The position numbers and the translations under genes were made by a program. Under the pieces are notes generated by a model. It ran no database searches, was not told the origin of the DNA, and saw only the letters and a list, made by a program, of their open reading frames with translations. 64,000 bases of DNA from Haliotis rufescens (taxonomy: Eukaryota): NCBI RefSeq assembly GCF_023055435.1, contig NW_025964372.1, forward strand, positions 38,626,001 through 38,690,000, read 5' to 3'. Shown piece after piece: positions 54,901 through 64,000 of the stretch (within the stretch, counting starts at the first letter, position 1; each line of letters begins with the position of its first letter).

Positions 54901-57900
54901 AAAGGAGTGAATCAAGTTGAACAACAAATATATTGTTCCATGTGTATGCCTTTGTCATACCCATTCTCTATAAACAGATCAACCCCGCGAAATTAAGGAT
55001 GTCATAAAGGTTCAAACAAAAAACAAAATCTTTTATACAGGATGTTTGGGTTTTTAAAGATTTGGTTTAAATGAACGCGTCTCATATTTGATAGTTTCGA
55101 GGATTCAATAAATGTTTCCACATCTACCATTCTAAGGCCATCATCTTCTCATGACTTTATCAAGTCAGATCTTTTTATTTGGTCTGTTTTGCCATTTCCT
55201 ATAAATTTAATGAAAGTTCTACTAATGAAGTTTACTGGAGCAGATAATGACAGGGTTTATATAAGTGTAATTATACCTATTAAAGTTAACCTTCCTACTT
55301 CAGCTTGCAAATAGTATACTAATATGTTTTCCTGGTATTTATTACCCAAAGGTCTTCCAGACGTTTGTTAAGTTTGATTCGTAATACTTCCAACTCTTCT
55401 GAATGCCAGTCAAAGTGGAAATCCTGACACAGTGTCCTAATACTTCCTGACATGAAACCAATTGAAATATCTTTGGTTTTATCTTTTGTCCTGATAATTG
55501 AGAGAAAGAAGCTGAAGTGGTAATAGAGGCTCAAATAATTTCTTCTCTACGACTTGTCCTAATTTATATTGTTCATTTGTTTTGTTTTATCCCTTTAATG
55601 TCTGTGGTGCATGTTATCGTAATCCCAAATATTTAAGCCACAAGGATGAAAATATAGGGCGATATTGGACCACCTTGTCTTAAGACACTTTCGTTATAAA
55701 AGAAGATGACGATGACCATTTTGTATTACACAGGACGTGTCATTATTAGTGAATATATGAATTAATGTGATCATATGAGGACCAGCACCACATGCAATGT
55801 TTAGACACTACATCAAACCTTTTTTCAGTAAATCGATAAGCAATAAAAATAGTTGGTTTCTGGTATTTCTTTTCTTAAAACATGATATCGTACAGACGTC
55901 TTATGTTATCACCGATACATCTACCCTGAATGTAGCCTGTCTGGCTTCATGAATTATGGTATTTAGAGTTGGTTATACAGGTACTCAGTATATTATTAAG
56001 TGAGTTGGGTAAAGATGTTGGCCGCAAATTCTTCAATGTGTGTTTGTCCATGTTTGGTTAAGGTAAACTTGTGATAACTACTCATTGTTGTGGTTAATGT
56101 ACTGTTAGTAACAGCTTCTGTGATAAATCTGCAGGCCCAACTTTCGAAATCTTTCCAAAAGAATTTAAAGAACTCAATATGTAAGGATCAACACCCGGGC
56201 ATTTATTATTTTCCTTGGTTTTGCTGCTTTTTGTATTTCTTCAAATTCCATTAAGTTTTGGTGTTTGTATAAACTTTATGTATTAATCGTTTACGTGGTC
56301 TCCATTGTCCATAAGGGTGTAAAGAGTAAGAACTTACTGATATTGGCAAATGTGCATGTCAGCAATTCCCTAGGCTGATTTGCCATTTGAAGCGATATGA
56401 CGTCACAGTGCTTTGAGAAAAGCAAGATATGACGTCATTCATTGTTTATTTACGTCACATACGGATAATATTACGTCAACTGAAAAGTAGACTAACTTCG
56501 GTGAAGTGTCCCTGTGGGTTGACATTTCATCCCTTTTTCTTCATTTTTGTCTTGAAACTCAGAATGTGAATGAAAGCTATAGTCCCTAGCTAAATGATTG
56601 GGGTTTACACCATCCAGACAGACGAAACCTAATTACTATGTTTTTACATAGATGTTTCTCTAAAATGGCATGGTTAAAACAGTTCTTGCTTCAAACTGTT
56701 AACATGCATTTTCATATGATTGCCAATGAGAGTGAGCTATAAAGTCACCTAAGTAGTATTTCATCCACATTGTGACCTTATATTGATAATGAGGTATGCA
56801 CACTCCCACTGAGAATAACGTTTTTCATTATTTTGACAACTATAGTTTACCAGAATTATAACATGATGTCAGTAATTGACTGTCAGTTTCTAAACACGCT
56901 GCATTCCTTTCCTGTAGCCATCCATCACCCTAAACCAACATCTACCATAACGTTGCCTACAGTGGTCCAAGCAACTTCGAAAATCACTGTTCGGCCATGT
57001 AAGTTTCACCACTACTACTTGAGGAACAACTTCTTCAATCTCTGTATGTTTAAATAATGTCTACCGTGAACAGTACGATTATTGAATTATGAATTTGTAT
57101 TATGAAATAATTATACTCTACTGGCTCAAATCTTGATAATCTACATCCAAGCTCCATGACTGGTAATACTATACATATTCTTGCTCATCTAAATTGTGTT
57201 TGCCTTGTGCTTATATCACTTTGGACCAACAAACATTAGGAATTTCGATTAAAATAAAGTCCCACACTTTGTATTTGCAGCATAATGAGAGTTGATTGAA
57301 TTTGCGTATCTATGTATTTTGAGATTGAAATATTATCAAGGGATTTGAAAGGAAATAGATGTCAATTAATGAGGTGATATTATACAAAGATGTCGAAATG
57401 TTACTCTTTTCATGTTTTTTTTTATTTCAGCGGAATATTTGAAGTGTTACAATTGCCACAACATATACTATTCTTGTGAAATTTTGCACTGTGGTTTTGG
57501 AGAGGTATGATTTATAGACTCCTATAGCTGATATAAGTATATTGCAAATGAGTGAGTAGGTGTGGCATTTAGCACTATTTCGGAAATGTCACGGCGGGGA
57601 ATACAATAAATAGGCTTCACAAATTGTACAAATCGAACCAGGACGAGCGAATGGATAAAGCATCAGGCTACCCCACCGTCCACATAGCACTTTTATTTTT
57701 AAACGATTATTGGCTATTTTCTGAAGCTTTAAGTGAACATATTTATCTCGTTGCAACATATCTGTAGTTACAATGGCTACATCGGTGCTTGCACACACAT
57801 CAGTTACACTGGCTACACCAGAACTTGCACACAGATCTCCCGGTACACGGGCTAAATCTGAGCGGACACACATCACAGTTACACTGGCTACAAAAGTACT

Positions 57901-60900
57901 TGCACACAGATCTCCCGGTACACAGGCTAAATCTGAGCTGACACACGCATTCAGTTACACCGGTTTCATCTTAACCTGCGGACAGATCTTCAGTTACACC
58001 AGCTACATCGGTCCTTGTACACACATCAGTTACACTGGTTACATCTGAGCTGTCACACACATCTCCAGACACACTGGCAACATGTCAGCTTACACACATA
58101 TTTCCAGTTACAGTGGCTTCATCTGAGCTTACACACACATCTCCAGGCACACTGGCAACATGTCAGCTTACACACATATTGCCAGTTACAGTGGCTTCAT
58201 CTGAGCTTACACACACACATCTCCAGGCACACTGGCAACATGTCAGCTTACACACATATTTCCAGTTACAGTGGCTTCATCTGAGCTTACACACACATCT
58301 CCAGGCACACTGGCAACATGTCAGCTTACACACATATTTCCAGTTACAGTGGCTTCATCTGAGCTTACACACACATCTCCAGGCACACTGGCAACATGTC
58401 AGCTTACACACATATTGCTAGTTACAGTTGCTACATCTGAGCTTACACACACACATCTCCAGGCATACTGGTAACACGTCAGCTTACACACATATTTCCA
58501 GTTACAGTGGCTTCATCTGAGCTTACACACACATCTCCAGGCACACTGGCAACATGTCAGCTTACACACATATTGCCAGTTACAGTGGTTTCATCTGAGC
58601 TTACACACACACATCTCCAGGCACACTGGCAGCATGTCAGCTCACACACATATTTCCAGTTACAGTGGCTTCATCTGCGCTTACACACACATCTCCAGGC
58701 ACACTGGCAACATGTCAGCTTACACACATATTTCCAGTTACAGTGGCTTCATCTGAGCTTACACACACACATCTCCAGGCACACTGGCAACATGTCAGCT
58801 CACACACATATTTCCAGTTACAGTGGCTTCATCTGAGCTTACACACACACATCTCCAGGCACACTGGTAACATGTCAGCTACACACATATTGCTAGTTAC
58901 AGTGGCTTCATCACACACACATCTCCAGGCACACTGGCAACATGTCAGCTCACACACATATTTCCAGTTACAGTGGCTTCATCTGAGCTTACACACACAC
59001 ATCTCCAGGCACCCTGGCAACATGTCAGCTTACACACATATTTCCAGTTACAGTGGCTTCATCTGAGCTTACACACACATCTCCAGGCACACTGGCAACA
59101 TGTCAGCTTACACACATATTGCTAGTTACAGTTGCTACATCTGAGCTTACACACACACATCTCCAGGCACACTGGTAACACGTCAGCTTACACACATATT
59201 TCCAGTTACAGTGGCTTCATCTGTGCTTACACACGCATCTTCTGTTACTCTGGCTTCATATGAACATGGACACACATCTTCAGTACACTAGATGGATACA
59301 TGATATAAGCAAATGTCTAATTCCCCTTGTTCTGAAATGTCTGTGAACATAGGGTATAATTTCTTCTAGTTTTGCATGATGGAAACAGATCATGACGCCA
59401 AAGTGACTGGAAAGTGTTCCAGCGTCAATGAAATGAACGTGAGTATAAGATTTCAAACCGCATTACTCCTCTTGCCGTTAGTTGACTTGTAAAGCATGTC
59501 CCATTCGCTGTCTGGGCTGCGTGTAGAGGGGGCAAGGGCCCTGAGCTGATGATGAGCCTTACAAGCCTGACTGTGCCAGGATCACCCAAACCCTCTTTGC
59601 TGCATTTTTTATTTTAATCTGTTAATAATATAAGCAGCAGCAGCATCATCATCATAATAATAGTGCCACTTATATAGCTCCACATTGAGAGCATTGTGTG
59701 TTACTCTAGTCAAACATGAAGCAGGAGAGCAGAGGAAGAAATTGGCAATGGCAGTAACTATTGCCCTGGAATAATTTCAACATGAGTAAGTCAAAAGTAA
59801 ATGCATTTCTTCCGAAAATCATTACAGGATACGATTTGTAAAAGAATTTATATGGAATATAACGTAAGCTGGGCTTAAGGATATACGTTAATGTGAAATG
59901 GGTTAACGTCGCGTTCAAGATTATTTCTCTGCGACGTGCATTCATGTTGGTTTATGTGACCTCTTGTACTAGCACGGCTTTACAGTGCTAGCCCACTAAG
60001 ATACCATGTCGCAATGTAATATGGATGCCCCACTCAGATAAAATGACCCTAAGACAGCCAGTCTATCTATCCCCTTAATGCAGAGCACCAGACAGGGTAA
60101 GAGCAAGTACTATCTTTCAACTTATTTTGGTTTGACTTTGACAAAGGATATCGAACATGTCCACACTAAGTCAGTAAATAAAAGCGACAAAACCCTTTCC
60201 ATGTTCATAAGTTATGTCGGCTCAGAGTCGATTGTACGTTTTCGACTATATCATGAGCATGTGTTTATGAATCACTATGAAATAGTGATGTTACCAGATG
60301 TATCCTTCCCCAACGGTGACACCCGTCACAAACACCCGACAATGCAATTGTACACCTGAAAAAATCACGGGAACAAATACGGCTTATACAGTAATAATGT
60401 AGGTCACCAGAGGTCAAAAGGTCACGAAATTTGACCCCTGCTTAAAATATTACCGACTGTCAGAAAATACACTGCAGATACCACACCTATGGGACTTTCT
60501 TAACCCAAATGCGCTATGATTGAAGCCAAGAAGTACTCAATTCTGTTAAAAGTCTGAAAAAATGAAATTTATTGTTTTTTGTGGTGTGGTACAGAACGGT
60601 TTTTGATACATTTTAAGACAAATGTTGTTTTGCGCTAAAAGCAAACAAGATTTGAATGAAGTTGGACTTCTTGAAATGTGTCATTATGTTTTGATCCAAA
60701 ACTACACCTATTGCTAATAGTGAGTGAGTTAGTATGGTTTTACGCCGCTTTTAGCAATATTCCAGCAATATCACGGCGGGGGACACCAGAAATGGGCTTC
60801 ACACATTGTACCCATGTCGGGAATCGAACCCGGGTCTTCGGCGTGACGAGCTAACGCTTTAACCACTAGGCTACCCGACCGCCTCGGCTAATAGTCATGT

Positions 60901-63723
60901 CCTATATGTATTCAGATGTTGATTAGTTACATTTTGATGTAATTTGGTTACCACTCATCCAAGATGAACGCCATCTAGTACCATATATGAACATGGTTTT
61001 AACCAGAATATATTACAAAATATAACTCTTTCACAAATATGTTGAGTTAGAATAAAAAGAGAAGCATCTGGACCTTTATTCTGAAAAAGAAAAGACAACT
61101 TAATGTTTTGTACTAAAGTTGGATTTTGAGACAATAGCTCCTCCTAATGAGAACAAGAACAGGGATGTGAGTATAGAAAAAAAATTATGAAGGGAAACAA
61201 TTGCTAATATTTAACACTTCTTAATATGTACATACCACACCAATGGGACTTTCCTGACCCAAATGGGCTATGATCGAGGTACCTAAGTTTATTAAAATTC
61301 TAAACAAGTGAAATTTATTGTCTTTTGTGGTGTGGTACAGAACGGTTATTGATGCATTTTAAAACAAATGTCATCATGCGCTAAAAACATGTAAAATTGT
61401 ATGTGGACTGCTTGAAATATGTTTGCATTAATTTATAACTCTTAACTCCAAATTATAACAGCCATGTGCTAGATGTAGTCAGAAGTTGTTTTGATGCGAC
61501 GTTGTTCTGTTTTTCCGGCTCACACGATTAAACTGAAGGTCAAATTGGGGTCAAATGGGATATGCGAACCGCAATAACTTAAAATGCAGTTATCTGTAAT
61601 GTAATATTTCATAAGATCACACAATAAGACTATTTTTATCACATTAGTGTTAGAAACTTAAGTCTTGACATTGTAGACCTAAACAATGGTGGTCACATAT
61701 GAGTCTGCTACTATAGAGTACACCGTTGATTACTCATCATCTGGACCATCATCAACATCACTCGCTTCAAATTAAACCTCGTCCTTAACTTCCTGATTGC
61801 TACATGTCTGTGATTTGCAATGGTATGCACATTTCATGTTATTCTGTAGGCAGGTACATCTGCAGCTACAACTCTCCTCTAAGCACTTCTTTAAACAGTT
61901 ACAGTCCCCTTGTCAATAACCAAGGCCCCATCCTCCTCCTTCCAACCATTACCAACAGGAAAAGCCATCATTCTCCTTTTCCATACTGGATAATTGTCCC
62001 AGTTGCAATGGTTCTGCAGTGAAGAGGTGCAAGGAGGAAGCTGCTAAGATTCAGCTTCGCAAAACAGGTTGAACCGCAATTCACGAATTCTCAATGAGTG
62101 TCCTTGTGCTGTATAGACAGCACATTTGTGACTCTAGTGCCTTGAACAGCTGTGGTGAAACGTTCCAGCTTGTGCCTTAGAAAGTCAATGTGTTGCTGTG
62201 TATGTCGCTGGTGAGTAGCCTGAGGGCTGAAACCTTTCCTCTTCAAGTGAAGCAGCTAATAGTGGTGTACAAAGTTGAAACATCGAGTTCTTTTGTATTT
62301 TAATATTTTTTAACATTGCAGCACTGTCAGGAACACGTGACCTCTTCATGTATTCCGTTTTACCATCATAAATGCACATTCTGCTGTTCAACTGGAAATT
62401 GTGTAAGCCAGGCTCTGCAGCTGCTAGGTAAGATCTTAACATAGTTAAGGTATATAAAGGTAAAAAAAAGATAAGTTACATCCTTCAGTTACACTGTAGT
62501 AGATCCCGTTGCTGTTGGATAGACGTCGGATGGAAAAACAGTACGTTTATAACGAGATCAACTACTAATTTAATTCGTTATAACCGTAGTTCGTTATATG
62601 CATATATACAGCACATAAACAGCAAATCGACGGGACCCCAAAACAGGTATGTCATATCCATCATATCCATTATATGCGTGTTCGTTATAAACGTAGTTTA
62701 CTGTAATGACTGAATGGCATAGTGGCATTATCTATAAGTTTGTTTAATGCCGCACTCAACAATAGTCTGGACCAGAAAATGATGGATCAACCAAAATCCC
62801 TACCCTGACTTCTCGATCCATAAGTCGCATCTTACGCCAAGCATAGGTTGTTGTGGACCAATAACCTCGAATCACTAAGTGGTCATGTTACTCATAACGG
62901 TGTAAAGAGTGAAAACGATATTGACACATGTGCCTTTCAGCAATTCGAAATTCTGATTTGTCACAGTGCTTCATGAAAAGTAGGCTGATTTCATTCTCGT
63001 TAGATCCGGTTTAGAATAGGTCTTCAGCAACCATACTTGCCGTAACAGGCGACTATGCTTGTCGCAAGAGGCGACTAACGGAATCGGGTGGTCAGGCTCG
63101 CTGACTTGGTTGATGCATGTCATCGTATCCCAATTGCGTGGATCGATGCTCATGATGTCAAACGCTTGATTGTCTGGTTCAGACTCGATTATTTACAGAC
63201 CGCCGTCATATAGCTGGAATATTGCTGAGTGCGGCGTTAAACAACAAACAAACAAAAAATGTAATGGGATGAGTCATATATCGTCGCATGTTGTTTTGAT
63301 GGAGTGTACCTAATATGATGACAAATGCAGCAGTCATCACCCCAGGAAGAAAAGTAGTGATTTCACTTCATCTGTATGTTTTTGTATACTGTACATTGCA
63401 ATACGAGTGCGGCGTTAAACAACAAACAAACACACACTCGTCGAAGGGGTGACAGTGCGCCCGGGCAGACAATCCCCTACACCCAAGAGTGGTTACAGTG
63501 TATCCGCCCACTCAATCCCTCACCCTCTTAATGCCATCGGTGCAGTTGGTTTTCTTTTGATGGGTGATTTATTTTGATAGTTTTCTAATTCTTTATTACA
63601 TTCTTATGTTTCTGTTAGACACGTCTCATAATCCCACACCAACCGCATATCACCAATCTACTACATCTACGCCAGCAACAACGTCGACAGGTGGAATGAT
63701 ATCACGGTCGACTCATCTACCAG
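33943..63723 (+). CDS. Secreted multi-repeat Cys/His-rich protein: five Ly6/uPAR-like modules plus Thr/Pro-rich linkers; 20 exons, 570 codons seen, 3' end beyond the window
   Basis: Exons: 33943-33982; 35335-35423, 42297-42365, 43683-43782; 45230-45318, 45799-45867, 46706-46811, 50351-50440; 50883-50971, 51650-51718, 52197-52302, 52495-52590; 53034-53122, 53779-53847, 54282-54387, 56918-56998; 57431-57504, 59370-59438, 62322-62427, 63619-63723. All are GT-AG with compatible phases and no stop in 1711 nt. Confidence 0.85.
34097..34463 (-). mobile_element. Two adjacent SINE family B copies
   Basis: Two tails (near 34100 and 34235) with the shared body. Confidence 0.75.
34690..35290 (-). mobile_element. 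Penelope-like reverse transcriptase remnant
   Basis: Minus strand reads GIPMGTNGAPHLGDMFLYA ... ASSVSYLD ... TRLHD, matching the Penelope RT pattern GIPMGTNCAP/SYLDL. Confidence 0.7.
35335..43782 (+). CDS. Module 1 (exons A1, B1, C1)
   Basis: ASLDCYNCNHYDVNNVQHSCQVLKCNKGE/FCKMETDHSTKVHGHCEDIHQLA/HCHATPSCIPFHENKCTFCCDTDEEVHKTLQQP. Confidence 0.85.
35546..35802 (+). mobile_element. SINE family B with 15-bp TSD
   Basis: TSD ACGTCATCCGGATGG (35531-35545, 35803-35817). Confidence 0.9.
36031..41156 (+). mobile_element. Full-length decayed APE-type LINE (ORF1 + ORF2) in intron 2 of the multi-repeat gene
   Basis: 12-bp TSD GTGAGGGATGCT (36019-36030, 41157-41168). ORF1 is coiled-coil with RRNNLI and VERAHRL motifs. 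ORF2 has APE (WNVSGL, GLTETW, GGDFNSRTG), RT (NYRGI, KQGCIL, LFADD) and a C-terminal CxxC..EYHFLLLC. AATAAA near the 3' end. Clade not determined. Confidence 0.92.
36994..37463. mobile_element. Mariner-derived fold-back MITE nested in LINE ORF1
   Basis: TA TSD; terminus CGAGGGGCGTTCAATAAG; ~150-bp inverted arms; HPPYSPDLAPSDYFLF motif inside. Confidence 0.92.
42560..43655. repeat. 32-bp minisatellite, degenerate at its 5' end
   Basis: Unit CACGTCATATCCTCGTCTCCTCCAGTCTCTAC. Confidence 0.92.
45230..50440 (+). CDS. Module 2 plus linker exon
   Basis: ESLACYNCHHYDVNSIGHSCEVLHCGVGE/FCKMETDHNSKVTGTCAKINEMS/HCQEHVTSSCIPFYHDKCTFCCSTGECISNSLQVP/AIHHAKPTPLTSTTTLPTVIKATSVTNVRP. Confidence 0.85.
46019..46254. 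repeat. (CTGGG)n/(TTGGA)n microsatellite spanning an N-gap
   Basis: Seen directly; absent from the paralogous introns of modules 3 and 4. Confidence 0.85.
47140..47397 (-). mobile_element. SINE family B
   Basis: Reverse complement of the 35546 copy. Confidence 0.85.
47600..49680 (-). mobile_element. Old L1/Tx1-like RT remnant, duplicated at ~54680-56250
   Basis: Minus strand reads MEDNESPGVD and IQGGPISP*LFILVAEILG. Confidence 0.6.
48130..48510 (+). mobile_element. tRNA-like repeat family E
   Basis: TGGCTGAGCGGGTTAG...GGGTTCGAATCCC; homolog at 16405-16705; absent from the duplicated intron copy. Confidence 0.65.
50883..52590 (+). CDS. Module 3 plus linker exon
   Basis: EYLECYNCHYFDVNNIYHSCEILHCGFGE/FCKMETDHNNKVTGTCSKVNEMR/HCQEHVTSSCIPFVHDKCTFCCATGECVSQSLQLP/ATHHAIPTPPTTTSTTTLPTVVQAASKTTVRP. 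Confidence 0.85.
53034..56998 (+). CDS. Module 4 plus linker exon
   Basis: EYLNCYNCHHFDVNNIYYSCEILHCGFGE/FCKMETDHNNKVTGTCAKVNEMR/C exon same protein as module 3/AIHHPKPTSTITLPTVVQATSKITVRP. Confidence 0.85.
54680..56250 (-). mobile_element. Duplicate L1/Tx1-like remnant
   Basis: Collinear with 47600-49680. Confidence 0.6.
57431..63723 (+). CDS. Module 5 plus divergent Thr/Ser-rich exon
   Basis: EYLKCYNCHNIYYSCEILHCGFGE/FCMMETDHDAKVTGKCSSVNEMN/HCQEHVTSSCIPFYHHKCTFCCSTGNCVSQALQLL/DTSHNPTPTAYHQSTTSTPATTSTGGMISRSTHLP. Confidence 0.82.
57745..59290. repeat. 78-80-bp dimeric (2 x ~39 bp) minisatellite in the module 5 A-B intron
   Basis: CATCTGAGCTTACACACACATCTCCAGGCACACTGGCAA+CATGTCAGCTTACACACATATTTCCAGTTACAGTGGCTT. 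Confidence 0.93.
60722..60887 (-). mobile_element. SINE family A
   Basis: Near-identical to the 9804 copy; TSD GCTAATAGT. Confidence 0.9.
63001..63257 (+). mobile_element. SINE family B
   Basis: Homology to the 35546 copy. Confidence 0.85.
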
Positions 63724-63790
63724 GTATGGACAAGTGTGACTTACTTATCAGCATGACATATACGTGTCAGAGACAAGTGTGTCAGATAAG

Positions 63791-63925
63791 AGTGAGTGAA
63801 TGAGTATGGTTTTACGCCGCGTTTAGCAATATTCCAGCAATATCACGGCGGGGGACACCAGAAATGGGCTTCACACATTGTACCCACGTCGGGAATCGAA
63901 CCCGGGTCTTGATCTTGACGAGCGA
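63791..63925 (-). mobile_element. SINE family A, head-truncated
   Basis: Homology to the 9804 copy. Confidence 0.8.
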
Positions 63926-64000
63926 CAGTGTCAGAGACACGTGTTAGAGACGCGTCTGGGGAAGTGTCCGAGATAAGCGTGTCAGTGATAAGTGTGACAG

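Noticed and set aside
57773-59066. His/Thr-rich ORFs
   Set aside because: Minisatellite translations with frequent frame changes, in an intron.
61700-62280. Possible minus-strand LINE RT remnant
   Set aside because: Too degraded to support by eye; needs a profile search.

Overview
Repeat-rich animal DNA with four N-gaps, probably a mollusc (inferred from the SINE repertoire). The provided ORF track is mostly repeat artefact; the real genes are spliced and were rebuilt by hand from GT-AG boundaries and exon phases. (1) Two tandem + strand FABP-like (intracellular lipid-binding) genes: the last two exons of one paralog (468-1768) and a complete 4-exon, 142-aa gene (13665-26465). In the second, a ~6.4 kb 33-bp minisatellite is an amplified copy of the exon2/intron2 junction, i.e. 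a tandem array of splice-donor motifs, the first dozen in frame. (2) A secreted multidomain gene (33943 to beyond the window end; 20 exons and 570 codons seen) with five tandemly duplicated 3-exon, His-rich, 11-12-Cys Ly6/uPAR-like modules and Thr/Pro-rich linker exons, all phase-compatible. Mobile DNA includes a full-length decayed Tc1 just upstream of gene 2, a full-length LINE with a 2A-like motif and a nested fold-back mariner MITE, a 9-bp-TSD MITE family, Penelope and L1/Tx1 remnants, five SINE-like families and several minisatellites.
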